From Malacoraja senta (lineage: Eukaryota), in the NCBI GenBank assembly GCA_038087875.1, contig CM075989.1:22322001-22386000 (forward strand): a stretch of 64,000 nucleotides of DNA, written 5' to 3'. Each line of letters opens with the position of its first letter. The stretch's first letter is position 1. The translations under genes and the position numbers were made by a program. The notes beneath the pieces are model-generated. The model made no database searches. It had not been told where the DNA came from and saw only the letters and a list, made by a program, of their open reading frames with translations. Shown here piece by piece: positions 50,425-63,585 of the stretch.

Positions 50425-50735
50425 GGGTGGCACAGCGGTGGAGTTGCTGCCTTACGATGCTTGCAGCGCCAGAGACCCGGGTTCGATCCCGACTACAGGG
50501 CGCTGTCTGTACGGAGTTTGTACGTTCTCCCCATTACCGTGTGGGGGGTTTTCGGGATCTTCGGTTTCCTCCCACACTCCAAAGACGTGCAGGTTTGTAA
50601 GTTAATTGGCTTGGTATAATTGTAAAATTGTCCTTAGTGTGTGTAGGGTAGTGTTTATGTGCGGGATCGCTGGTCGGCGCGGACTCGGTGGGCCGAAGGG
50701 CCTGTTTCCTCGCTGTATCTCTAAACTAAACTAAA
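50425..50735 (+). mobile_element. HE1-type V-SINE
   Basis: Full-length copy. Confidence 0.9.
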
Positions 50736-50999
50736 TAAATAGCACGTAATGTAGTTTCTGTGGGCAACCTGATAGGTGGCTGCTATCTATAACTGTAGCA
50801 TGTCAAACCAGAGTGCTTGTGACAAAATTAGATGAAAATAAAAGAAGTCGCGACTTTAAAAAATAAAATGTAATTAAATGCGAGATGGAGCAGGTTCAAC
50901 AGCAAATGCAAACTACGAGGTAACTAGTATTTGCTAACTAGCGTTAGACAGGTGTAAGAGTATCGGTCACTCAGTTATAGCACCCCATGTACAATTGGT

Positions 51000-51380
51000 T
51001 CTGAAGAAGGGTCTCGACCTGAAACGTTCAGTTTCTCCAGCATTTTTGTCTACCTTCAGTTTTTCCAGCATCTGCAGTTCCTTCTTAAACATTGGTTTTA
51101 GTTTGGTTTAATTTAGAGATATAGTGTGCAACTGGGCCCTTCGGCCCATCGAGTCCACGCCGACCAGTAATCATCCTTTTAGATCACCATTTAAAATTAC
51201 AATTTTACAATTTTACTGAAGCCAATTAGCCTACAAACCTGTAGGTCTTTGGATTGTGGGTGGAAATAGGAGATCCTGGAGAAAACCCATGCAGGTCACG
51301 GGAGGACGTACAAACTCCATACAGACAGCACCAGTAGTCAGGATCGAACCTGGGTCTCGGGCGCATCACCGTGCTGCCCA
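51000..51380. mobile_element. Penelope pLTR piece (+, 51000-51091) and HE1 SINE (-, 51097-51380)
   Basis: CTGAAGAAGGGTCTCGACCTGAAACGTT..GCAGTTCCTTCTTAAACA; reverse-complement SINE. Confidence 0.8.
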
Positions 51381-51796
51381 ACGATTTGTTGAATGTATGG
51401 AGGTGAGCATGGCCAAGGATTGTGTTGCATCCATTTACCTACAGCGACTTTGAATGGATTTAACTCAAATTTAATTTGAAAGAAAACTTGCTAAAATTCA
51501 ATCTGGGTGATGAAAACCAGCGTGCAAGTTGTGATGTGTGCTGATCATTCAATGTCATGTGGATTTTCTAGCCAGCTGTGTGCATGTGTATGTGCGTATG
51601 TGTGCGTGTGTATGTGCCTGTATCTATGTGTGTTCAATGCCACAGTTGCCTCTCTCCACGCTGTATCTCTAAGAAAATGATACTATATTTAATTGGATGT
51701 TACCCAAGTTATGATGCTGATATAAGCATGTGGCAGATGTATTTTTAATGCTGGGCAATCGATCCATTGGGTACTTTACAGGGTACAGCACATAAC

Positions 51797-52030
51797 TGTA
51801 CAGAGTTTGTACCTTCTCCCCGTGATCTGCGTGGGTTTTTTCCGAGATCTTCGGTTTCCTCCCACACTCCAAAGACGTACAGGTTTGTAGGTTAATTGGC
51901 TTGGTAAATGTAAAAATTGTCCCTAGTGCATGTAGGATAACGTTAATGTGCGGGGATCGCTATTCGGCGTGGACCCGGTGGGCCGAAGGGCCTGTTTCCC
52001 CGCAGTATCTCTAAACTAAACTAAACTAAA
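51797..52030 (+). mobile_element. 5'-truncated HE1 SINE
   Basis: V domain and (CTAAA)n tail. Confidence 0.88.
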
Positions 52031-53689
52031 TGAGTAATATATTTGTCTAGGATGTGTGATTATAAAATTATTTTTGACATGTTTTTCACCACATATTTCT
52101 GGTCAAGTTGTGCTTTGAAAAATTATGGTTAAGCACAGAAATGACTCCCAATTTATCGGTCTTCTGGAGAAACTCGGTGAGTGGAGCAGTAATTGTGGAT
52201 GGTGGGGCACGGTCATTGTTTTGCCTTGGAGACCAGTGACAGGACCTGATGTCAGGTTTCGACCCGAAGCATTGACGATTCCATTCCAGCAGTGTGTTTC
52301 TTGCTCCAGATTCCACCAGCTTGACTGTGTGGTCATTAAATAATCTGAATCTGAATCTGCAGCTTCTTTGTCTCTTCAATACCGATGAAAGTCTTCACTT
52401 GCTTTTAAAGCAAAACTGATGTTTACAAAAAATGTCCTGCTCGAAGCATGCAAAACACTGAATTAATGTGAAAATTTATATAAAATACAATAGTCCAAAT
52501 TTCAAAAGGGTTACAGATAGAATGGATTTATCAAGAATGTCACAATAATGAGTCTACAACTGTGTAGACAATAGACAATAGACAATGTACTCTATGGTAT
52601 AATCAGGGGCAATATAGCCAAGCAATTGTCTTAAACCATTTTATGTTTAGCTATATGTAATATTCCTGCTTTTCATCCTGCTTCAATGATAACACATGTA
52701 ACTTCCTATGCACGGACTTTACTGCAGCCTTTCATATATATTTTTCTCACTGAATGTTTAAAGTGCAGGTGTCCAGCTACTAAGCCTGTGTGGGCCGCTG
52801 TTTTTTTAAATATTGCACTTCTGTTTTATTGAAAAAACACCTACTATTTTTGCTCTTGGAGTAAAACTTAATCCTGCAGGACCCAACTGAACCTACACTC
52901 AGAAGTAATTAGAGTGCAATATTAATTTAATTGTATTTTGATGCCAGTAAACTTCAGATAATCAAATAAAGTTGTGTGTGAACTATTTAAGAATGTTAAT
53001 CAAATTACTGAAGCAGTCAATGAAGAAAAACAGAATTAAAAAATGGCCTTGTTTTACCTGTGTTTATGAATTGATTTTTTTAAATGTGTAAAGTCATTAA
53101 ACATCTTTAAGCAATTATAATGAGTAAAAGAACTAACATGGGAGCAGAGATTATATTTAAATGTTTCGAAGGTCATTAGAAGATAATCTAATAAACTTTG
53201 AAGAAAGCTTAAACAAATCTGTACTTTTGTAACAAAATGCAGCTGAATTCCAAGTAGTAACAGAAAATGAAATATTTACCAAGCTATTTCTGAGTCATGT
53301 GACTGAATTTTATTTTTGCAAATTTATATTTGATCTGCTAACGCGATAGTTCTCATGTCAATGTTCTGAAATGAGATACTGAGGATAAGGGTGACTGGGA
53401 TAATATGGATTGAGACCAAGAAGCATAATTGGTTTCTAACCACCACTATAAGTAATTTGGTCTCAACCTTTCTGAGAAGTTCCCTTTGTTCCAGCTATAT
53501 CTCCCCACTTTCGTTGCTACCATAAAGTTCATAAGTGATAGGAGCGGAATTAGGTCTTTCAGCCCATCAAGTCTACTCTGCCATTCAATCATGTCTGATC
53601 AATCTCTCCCTCCCAACCCCATTCTCCTGCCTTCTCCCCATAACCACTGCCACCCGACAAATCAAGAATCTATCTCTGCCTTAAAAAAA

Positions 53690-54825
53690 AGTCAAGTCAA
53701 GTCAATTTTATTTCTATAGCACATTTAAAAACAACTCTCGTTGACCAAAGTGCTTTACATTAGTGCTGGTACTAACATGCTACAAACAGTGGTACATAGA
53801 TCAACAATACATATGCAAATAAATACATACATACAGCGCTCCCTCAGAGGACCTCAAGAAAGGCTTTAGAAAAAAAATAAGTTTTAAGTCTAGACTTAAA
53901 AGAGTCGATGGAGGGCGCAGTTCTGATGGGAAGAGGGATGCTGTTCCATAGTCTAGGTGCTGCAACCGCAAAAGCGCGGTCGCCCCTGAGCTTATGCCTA
54001 GACCCTGCGGGATGGTCAGTAACCCCAAGTCGGCCAACCTGAGGGACCTGGAGGTGCTATGGTGGGTAAGCAGATTTTTGATGTAGGTGGGGGCAAGCCC
54101 GTTAAGGGCTTTGTTTACATAAAGAAGGAACTTGAAATTGATTCAGAACCGCACTTTTTTTTTTTTTTTTTTTCCATAAATGTTTTTTTTATTAGATTTT
54201 TAAACAAATGTACAATTTACAAGGAAGGGTAGAAAGCTCACACAATTTAAAAAACACTTACACAAAATTATCAAATTAAAATATTTTAAAAAAAATCTAT
54301 AATATATTCAACCTCCTGCGGTGACCAGCGTTCACAGAAGGCCTCCACAGTCCCCGTGGACACCGCGTGTTCCCTCTCTAGGGACACGCGGGCACGGACG
54401 TAACCCCGGAAAAGGGGCAGGCAGCCGACCGCTGTGCGGCTATCGACCGCCCGCTGCCTGGACCCGCGAATGGCCATCTTGGCCAGGCCCAGGAGCAGAC
54501 CGACAGGGAGACCCCCTTCTCCCTCCCGACCCTCCCCCCTCTGTTCCGGGTGCCCATAAATTAATAGCGTTGGACTATTCAGAACCGCACTGGGAGCCAG
54601 TGGAGGGACGCCAGAATCGGGGTGATGTGGTCCCTTTTTCGGGTGCCCGTCAGGAGTCTCGCTGCGGCGTTTTGGACCAATTGCAGGCAGGTCAGGGATG
54701 ATTGGCTGATGCCAGTGTAAAGGGAGTTGCAGTAATCAAGGCGGGAGGAGATAAATGTTTTCGAGGTCGTCAAATTGGAGGAAAGGTTTTATTTTAGCTA
54801 TCGTCCGAAGCTGGAAGAAGCTGGA
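53690..54825 (-). mobile_element. L2-clade LINE 3' part, split by a Tx1 insertion
   Basis: FISSRLDYCNSLY..LQLVQNAAARLLT..HITPILASLHWLPV, AAPRLWNS; tail TGTAAAGCACTTTGGTC..GTGCTATAGAAATAAA(TTGAC)n. Confidence 0.9.
54156..54576 (-). mobile_element. Tx1-like (L1-Tx1) LINE 3' end with poly(A) and 15-bp TSD
   Basis: LGLAKMAIRGSR..CLPLFRGYVRARVSLEREH..FCERW; T-run at 54155; TSD ATTCAGAACCGCACT at 54141-54155 and 54577-54591. Confidence 0.85.
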
Positions 54826-55173
54826 AAAAGGGACTTGCTTTCTCTCTTTCCATTTCTGGTGAAGGGTCCAGTACTTGAAACATTAGTTGTTTCTCTTTGC
54901 ACAGATGCTGCCTGACCTACCGATTATTTCCAGTATTTACTGCTTCTTTTTCAGGAACATGGAATTAAGGCCAAAGATCAGATCTGCCATGATCTCAGTA
55001 AATGCCAAAGGCAGATTAAATTACTGCTTATGTAATCTGCCTCCAATATCTAACGTTTCTAACTGGTGACTTAAAGCAAGATGATCATTTCATTGTTCCA
55101 CCCAAAGAAAAATGTGTTCAGTATTTTTTCCCCCATTTTAATTAGCTGCCAGTAATGATCATTTCCATTGTTA

Positions 55174-55477
55174 GGCGGCAAGTTGGCGCAGCGGTAGAGT
55201 TGTTGCCTTACAGCGCCAGAGACACGAGTTCGATCCTGACTGCAGGTACAGTCTGTGTGGAGTTTGTACGTTCTCCCTGTGACCTGCGTGGGTTTTCTCC
55301 GGGTGCACCGGTTTCACACCCACACTCCAAAGACGTGCAGGTTTGTAGGTTAATTGGCTTGGTAAAAAATTGTAAATATTCCCTCGTGTGTGTAGGATGC
55401 GTTAGTGTGCGGGGATGGCTGGTCAGCACGGACTCGGTGGGCCTAGGGGCCGGATTCTGCGCTGTATCTCTAAAATA
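55174..55477 (+). mobile_element. HE1-type V-SINE flanked by ~175-bp direct repeats
   Basis: Full SINE; flanks 55000-55174 and 55478-55663 align. Confidence 0.88.
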
Positions 55478-56049
55478 AAATGGCAATGGCAGCTTAAATG
55501 ACTGCTTATGTACTCAGCCTCCAATATCTAAAGTTTCTAACTGGTGACTTAAAACAAGATGATGATTTCATTGTTCTATATAAAGAAAAATGTGTTCTGT
55601 ATTGTTTTTCCATTTTAATTAGTTGCTTATTATTATTAATATTATTATCATTTCCATTGTCAGAACTACTGCGATGTTTTGTGATGGTACTCAGTGGTAC
55701 AACACAATGGCACTTCTAAGAAGCTAAATACTCGATTTACAAATTTTGTAGCATTTATAATACTACAAAAAGACTACTAAAGTTTAAAAAATAAAATGTA
55801 TTAATTAAAATAGCAGTCACCCCCTTAAACACCTTAAACATCATATGGTATGGGAATTTCTTTGTCATATGTACAGTGAAATTCATTTTTGTATATAGTT
55901 CAGTACAAGTATCACTGTACAGAAGCACTTAGATATATATTAGATTAGCATCTCAGATACAGTACAAGTGTATAGCAATCTTATAGTTTAATGATCCACT
56001 GAACATACCAACAGAAAGGAATGATATTGATCCCAGCACCTTTTTTGTT

Positions 56050-57100
56050 CAGTTTTTAGAGATACAGCATGGAAACAGGCCCTTCGGCCCGCCGACCAAC
56101 AATCACCCCATACACTAATTCTATCCCACACTCTATGGAAATTTTCAGAGGCCAATTAACCAACAACCCCGCAAGTCTTTGTAAAACGGGAGGAAACCGG
56201 AGCACCCGGAGAAAACCCAGGCGGCCACAGGGAGAACGTGCAAACTCATAGTCAGGACCCATAGTCAGGATCGAACCTGGATCGATGGCGCTGTAAGGCA
56301 GCAACTCTACCGCGATCAAATCATTTTCTACACCAGCAAGATCAAAGATGAATGAATTATTCCTGAAAGGGGGCATGTGGATTGGCTTGTGTGGTGATTA
56401 CACTGGGCAGCCAGTGTTAACTGCACCAGTGAATGGTTGGCTCCAATGTTGTGTATGTCTAGCATCTGTTGAAGGCAGTTTGTACTGCTAATAACACCAG
56501 CACCTTCCTTAGAAGTTTTAGATCACACAGTCAGATTAGGAGCCAGCCGTCATTCTACATGTGAAGCTGTACCTGAACATTTAGTTTAGTTTAGAGATAC
56601 AGCGCAGAAACAGGCCCTTTGGCCCATCGGGTCCGCTCCGACCAGCGATCCCTGCACATTTACACTATCTTACACACACTCGGGACAATTTACAAGTTTA
56701 CCAAAGCCAATTAACCTATAAACTTGTACATCTTTGGAGTGTAGGAGGAAACCGGAGATCCCGGGGAAAATGGTGAATAATAACACAACTCGAGAAAAGG
56801 TGAGGTCCTTCGTAGAGGTTTAGTGGACTTTAGACTTTAGAGTTACTGCGAGGAAACACTCCCTTTGGCCCACCAAGTAGCGATTACCCCATACACTAAC
56901 ACTAGCCTACACACTAGGGACAACTTACAACTTAACTGCAGCCAATTAACCTAAACATCTGTAGGTCTTTGGAGTGTGGGAGGAAACCGGAGCGCCCATG
57001 TGGTCACAGGGAGAAGGTAAAACTCCATACAGACAGCACCTGTAGTCGGGATCGAACCCACGTCCCTAGCGTTGTAAGGCAGCAACTGTCACCGTGCCAC
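56050..57100 (-). mobile_element. Three minus-strand HE1 SINE copies (56050-56312, 56580-56770, 56826-57100)
   Basis: Reverse-complement tails and V domains. Confidence 0.82.
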
Positions 57101-58369
57101 TCAAGATGAACTGTAAGAAGGATGTTTTGCATTTGTACAAAAGACAAGGAGGCTTCTCTGGAACACACGCAAACTGCAGTGGGATCAGATACTTCTGGAA
57201 CCGTAAGACCGCCAGACTTAGGCCACTCAAACCATCAAGTCTGCTCCATCATTCAATCCTAGCTGATCTACTTTCCTGTCACAACTCCATTCTTCTGCGT
57301 TCTCCCCATAAACTTTGACACCTTTACCGATCACGAGCCTATCAATCTCTGCTTTAAAAATGCCCATTGTCTTGGCCTCTACAGCCGTCTGTGGCAAAGA
57401 ATTCCACTGATTCACCCCCAGTCTCAGGACTCTTGAATGTCCATATTGGATTTCCATAGTAATGGTTTTTGGGCACTCCATGCACGCATTAGGTCTAATA
57501 TCTGTAAAAACCTGGATTGGATTTGGTTTTCCTTTAGTTTGAAAATGAAATCATCACCTATTCCTTTTCTCCAGAGGTGCTGACTGGCCTGCTGAGTTAC
57601 TCCAGCTCTTTGTGTCTGTCTTGGGAATTAAATAACTTTGGATGCCTTTGAACATCGAGCTAATGTGACATGCCCATGGATAATAAGCTATGAAATGTTG
57701 CAAATATCTATAGTCGCAGACTGAAAGGAGCTTGTTGTTTGTAATAAAAAAAATAATTGCCTTGGTCACCATGGTAGCCACTATCAATGCAACTCCTGCC
57801 TTGCTCTAAGTTTGCGGTGGAGGCTGTAGCAGATGGAACATATCAGTGTTCATGATCTGAAGGAGTTGAGCAATCATGACCATTGTTCCTGGCTAAGGCT
57901 CGGGAAAGAGAATTGCTTCCTAAACACTATTAAGATGATATACCCTCCCATTGAGAGCCCTTCCTCCTCCTCCCTCTTCCAGCACATCATTTCTCAACCC
58001 AAAGACAGTGCTTAATAATGCGTCTGTGCTCGAGACTAATTTGTCTTTGCAGATGAGTGGTAGTCAGTAAAAATCCTTGGACCTGACCTTTTGGCGACTG
58101 GAGCCCCTCACACAGTTGTAGCACAAACCATGGACATCAATCAGCGTCCGTCCTGATGGCAGTTGATGATCTGTCTAAGTAGCATTGCTGGAATGTTGGC
58201 AGGGAACATCCCTCTGCTGTTTGTCGATCAGCTGTATGACGCTGAAAATGCATTGCTGATCTCAGCAGCTCCAAAATGTCAACGCTGGCGTCCGTCGGAG
58301 TTGCGTGTCATGATCTGTCTGCCCTGCACACCCTTTGGGTGGATTTCAATGTGCAGATATGTTGTCTCC

Positions 58370-58720
58370 GACCAGCGATCCCCACACATTAACAATTATC
58401 CTACACACACACTACGGACAATTTACATTTATACCAAGCCAATTAACGTACAAACCTGTACGTCTTTGGAGTGAGGGAGGAAACCGAAGATCTCGAAGAA
58501 AACCCACGCAGTTCATGGGGAGAACGTGCAAACTCCGTACAGATAGCACCCGCAGTCAGGATTGAACCCGGGTGTCTGGCGCTGTAAGGCAGCAACGCTA
58601 CCGCTGCGCCACCGTGCCAACCTATACTAAACTAAACTCGTGTGAACGGGTGATCAATGGTTGGCGTGGACTTGGTGGGCCGAAGGGCCTGTTTCCATGC
58701 TGTATCTCTAAACAAAAAAC
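58370..58720. mobile_element. HE1 SINE (-, 58370-58620) plus a SINE tail (+)
   Basis: Match to other copies. Confidence 0.8.
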
Positions 58721-58996
58721 AAATCTAAATTAAACGAAACTATTGTTTACCATATGAATACACACATGCACAATGGTTGCCATTTTTTTTAATTCTTGGG
58801 GTTGTTATGACAGCCACTTTCATTGATAATAAGCTTGATTGCAATATGATTCAACTTACTGGGAAACTATACTCTAAGCCATGCGGATTTCAAATCCACA
58901 GCAGAAGTTTAGCAAATCTTCCTCTGTTGTTATCAAAGGGATAAGAGTCCAGTCGAGATTTGTTTATCTCTAATTGTCCAACAATTTTTGCTCACA

Positions 58997-59860
58997 ATAG
59001 ACAATAGGTGCAGGATTAGGCCATTCGGCCCTTTGAGCCAGCACCACCATTCAATGTGATCATGGCTGATCATCCCCAATCAGTACCCCATTCCTGCCTT
59101 CTCCCTCTATACTCTTACTCCGCTATCTTTAAGTGCCCTATCTAGATATTACCCTTAGATATTATCTACAAAAGTTAACTTTAACTACTTTTATCATTTC
59201 TTGGTATTGGTTTATTATTGTCACGTGTACTGAGATACGGTGAAAAGCTTTCGTTTGCCTTTGCTACCAGTCAAGTCAGATAATAGCTCACATGGGCGGC
59301 ACGGTGGCGTAGCGGCAGAGTAGTTGCACATCAGAGCCAGAGACCAGGGTTTAATCCTGACTATGAGCGCTGTCTGTGCGGAGTTTGTACGTTCTCCCTG
59401 TGACTGCGTGGGTTTCCTCCGGGTGCTCTGGTTTCCTCCCACATGCCAAAGACGTGCAGGTTTGCAGATTATTTGGCTTCTGCACATTGTCCCTAGTGTG
59501 TGTAGGATAGAATAGAATATAGGATAGACATTATGTAGATAGTAAAAAATTAGTTAAGGATTAGTTTAATTTGGTTCAGGGTAACAGCACTGAATCAGAC
59601 CCTTCAGCCCACCGAATCCACACCGACCAGCGATCCCCACACATCAACAATACCCTACACACTCTCGGGACAATTTTACATTTATACCAAGCCAATTAAC
59701 CTACAAACCTGTAAGTCTTTGGAATGTGGGAGGGAACCAGAGCACCCGTAGAAAACCCACACAGGTCACGTGGAAAACGTACAAACTCCGTACAGGCAGC
59801 ACCCGTAGTCAGGATTGAACCTGGGTCTCTGGCGCAGTGAAGCAGAAACTCTACTGCCAG
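58997..59860. mobile_element. CR1 tail (-), Rex tail (-) and an inverted HE1 pair (59293-59510 +, 59560-59860 -)
   Basis: Match to other copies. Confidence 0.8.
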
Positions 59861-60634
59861 TACTCGTTCTGTGGTCAATATCGATCACGCACTCTTGACT
59901 TTCGATTACTGCTTGCTCTTATTAAACTGGATCCAACAGCAATCTACATATCAAATGCATTTTGTTTTCACATTGACAGTGAAATGTTTTGGATTTTGCT
60001 CCTTGTTTCTATGGTAGGATAATACTATCATTGATAGCTGCGAATTTTTTAACTGCTTTTGAATCACAGATGTGTCATCAATCTTTCTGTTTGATCCCAA
60101 TAACATGGGGTCTGTTTGCAAAATGGGTAAGTTATCAAGATTGGTTGCACTGTTATGTCACAACCAAACCTGCAAGTGGCATAAATACATTTTCACTTAA
60201 TTTAAATATCCTCACAAATGCTAATAAAAATTCATTCATATTTATCAGCTAACTAATGCAGCTCTGCTTCTTACAAAGTGTGGAACTTAAACACTTTCAC
60301 ACTATTCATGTACTTGTATTTTACAGGTAGCTTAATATTTGTGGGTAGACACGCAAAAAGCTGGAGTAACTCAACGGGTCAGGCAGCATCTCCAGAAAAA
60401 AAGGAAATGAAACATAGAAACATAGAAAATAGGTGCAGGTGTAGGTCTTTCTGGCCATTCGAGCCAGCGCCGCCATTTAATATGATCATGGCTGATCATC
60501 CAAAATCAGTACCCTGTTGTTAAAGAAGGAACTGTTGTTAAAGAAGGAACCCTGTTGTTAAAGAAGTACCCTGTTCCTGCTTTCTCCCCATATCCCTTGA
60601 TTCCATTAGCCCTAAGAGCTATATCTAATTCGTC

Positions 60635-61092
60635 AATAGGTGACGTTTCGGGTCCAGACTCTTCTTCAGACCGAGAGTCGGAACAGGGAACAGAGAGATA
60701 TGAAAAGGTACATGGAACAAATAAATGAAAGATAGTCAGATCAAAGCCAGCAAAGATGATCAAGGAAAGGCGGAGCCCACAATGGTCCATTGTTGGCTGT
60801 GGGGAAGGTGATAACGGGTTATACAAACAGTGACATTTAGCAGAACGACAGTGAAACTAGTACAACGACTAGATTGGGGGAGGGATGGAGAGAGACGGGT
60901 TACTTGAAGTTAGAGAAGTCAATGTTCATACCGCTGTGTTGTGAGCTGCCCAAGCGAAATATGAGGTGCTGTTCATTCAATTTGCGCTGAGCCTCAATCT
61001 GACAGTGGAGGAGGCCTAGGACAGAAAGGTCAGTGTGGGGATGGGAACGGGAGTTAAAGTGTTTGGCAACCGGGAGATTGCGTAGGCCAAGG
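60635..61092 (-). mobile_element. Penelope-like element: GIY-YIG endonuclease C-terminus + 3' UTR/pLTR
   Basis: Minus strand LPVAKHFNS..HTDLSVLGLLHCQIEAQRKLNEQHLIFRLGSSQHSGMNIDFSNFK* (one frameshift; stop 60900-60902), then UTR ending GTCTGAAGAAGAGTCTGGACCCGAAACGTCACC. Confidence 0.85.
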
Positions 61093-61596
61093 TGGGTATG
61101 TGTATATTGTCTGCATCAGCTATTCAAAATTGATAAATATTTCAAGATGACCGACCAAGATAATTGAAATATTTTTAGACAGTTCGAGTGAAGAACCAGA
61201 TTTCTATGCTACAGATTCATTTACTTGTTAGCCTGCTCTTTATATATCTGACTGCAACTGGACATTTAGTTCCCTTTGCCCTCTATATTCAACATATCTG
61301 GTCCTATTCTGTAGCATTGGCTTTTTCTTGTGAAACACATTCCAAAGTTTACCCACAAAGTTCGCACCCAATGAAGCAGTTTAGACTTTTAGGCATTGCA
61401 ACCATAAGGCGAAACGTACAGCAAATAATGGACTTTAATATCCACAGATTAACTCAATGCCTCAATTCAATGGAATTTTTACTGCGCACAACTAGAAAAC
61501 TGTCAAACTTGATTAAAAATAAAGCTGCTGATTATTAGTTCCATACAAAAGCGATAAAGCAGAAATCCAACCTTGTTCTGCCATCGTAAGCAAAGC

Positions 61597-61900
61597 GGGC
61601 AGCACGGTGACACAACGGTAAAGTTGCTGCCTTACAGCGCTTGCAGCGCCGGAAACCCAGGTTCGATCCCGACTACGGGTGCTGTCTGTACGGAGTTTGT
61701 ACCTTCTCCCCGCAACCTGTGTGGGTTTTCTCCGAGATCTTCGGTTTCATCCCACAATCCAAAGACGTACAGGTTTGTAGGCTAATTAGCTTAGTATGCT
61801 GTAAGTGTAAATTGTCCCTAGGATTGTGGGTAGTGTTAATGTGCGGGACTGGGTGGGCCAAGAGGCCAGTGTCCGCGTTGTATCTCTAAACTAAACTATG
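61597..61900 (+). mobile_element. HE1-type V-SINE
   Basis: Full-length copy. Confidence 0.88.
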
Positions 61901-62779
61901 CTAAATATGTATCTATCAGCTGAAGATTATATTCTCTGAAACATAGGCAGCAAAATTGACTTTCAGTGGATCTATATGTGAAGAAGCTGATGAGAATTAT
62001 GTGTATTAGTGCCAGTGATCAAAGTTAATTTGTTGTCCTTTTCAGTATTATTCAAGTTGAACATCGGTGTGATATTGCCTAATGCTTGGAACATTCATAT
62101 GAAATTATTTTGTGTGCTACCTTAACTGAGGTGCTAACAGATATTGTTGTTAAAATAGTAGTTAATGTAGATATGTTGTGTTTATGGGCCAATATTGCAC
62201 GGTATAAATCCTAGGCTATCAGTATTAATTGAGACTGGTCCGTTATATATGATGTGAATTGGCAAAGTTTTAACCTGTTAACATTGAACTCGACTAATTT
62301 ATTGAGACAAATGATGCAATTAAACATGAAAAAACATTGAAAAATGGTCCTGGTAAAAGGCTTCCATCAAATGCTCGTACAATCTTTAAAAAAATACCTT
62401 TCAATATATTTTCGGTAGGCTGTCAGGACTGACATGTTGAACGCTATGGTTGTGATGTGTGACAGGTGCCCACCAATGGTAAAGACAAACAGATTTTAGG
62501 GTGAATTACCCATGATAACATCATGCTGCGGTTATTGGGAGACCTGTAATTTAGTTGCAACACCAGTCTTTGCGGATTTTATGGATTAGTGACTTAGCAA
62601 TCAATTAATTGCCATCAAACTCAATGGCTTACAAAAAGTAGTCAACTAGATGGAACATACATCAACTGAGACAGCACATTTGCAGATCTGCTGATTTGCA
62701 CTCTTAGAATTCTATCGCAAATGCAAAGTCCACTTTAGATAGTTAATGTCGCCTCTCATTCCAATGTACAGTTTCATTT

Positions 62780-63550
62780 CATTAGTTCTAGGATCAGAAT
62801 TTGGCCATTTGGCCTATCAGGTCTACTCCTCCATTCAATTGTGGGTAATCTATCTTTCTCTCTCAACCCCATTCTGCTGCCTTCACCCAATAACCCCTGA
62901 CATCCCTACTAATCAAGAATCTGTCCAATCTCCGCCTTAAAAATATCCATTGACTTGGCCTCCACAGCCTTCTGAGGCAATGAAATCCTAGTTCCTAGGG
63001 GGTAGTTTTGGATGAGATTCTAAATTCATAATTGTTACAGTTACAGAAAACAATGTCCAAGGTGCGCAATGAAGTAGCATGGATGATCAGGATTGCATGC
63101 TGACCTATGGGAGAATTTTGGGCTCCATATCCGAGGAAGGATGTGTTGGCATTGGAGAGAGTCCAGAGGAGGTTTACGTGAATAATCTCAGGAATAATTG
63201 GGTTAACATATGATGAGCGTTTGACAGCACTGGGCCTGTACTCGCTGGAGTTTAGAAGGATGAGGGTGGACCTCATTGAAACTTACCGAATAGTGAAAGG
63301 CCTGGATGGAATGAATGTGGAGAGGATGTTTCCACTAGTGGGAGAGTCTAGGACCAGGGGCCATAGATTCAGAATAAAAGGACGTACCTTTAGAAAGGAT
63401 CTGAGGAGAAATTTCAGTAATCAGATGGTGGTGAATCTGTGGAATTCTTTGCCACAGAAGGCTGCAGAGGCCAAATCAATGGATATTTTTTTAAGGCAGA
63501 GGTTGATAGATTCTTGATTAGTACGGGTATCAGAGATGATGGGGAGAATC
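62780..63550. mobile_element. CR1 fragments (62780-62985 -, 63110-63550 +)
   Basis: LGLYSLEFRRMRVDLIETYRIVKG..VVNLWNSLP; same subfamily as 30-623. Confidence 0.88.
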
Positions 63551-63585
63551 CTGTACCTTTTTCCCCCGATGGTGGGAGTGCACAC

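Noticed and set aside
50065..50619. ORFs spanning the N run
   Set aside because: Artefacts of the assembly gap plus SINE sequence
58160..58330. C/D-box snoRNA-like TGATGA..CTGA motifs and a 103-aa ORF
   Set aside because: No terminal stem or recognisable guide sequence; the ORF runs into a SINE
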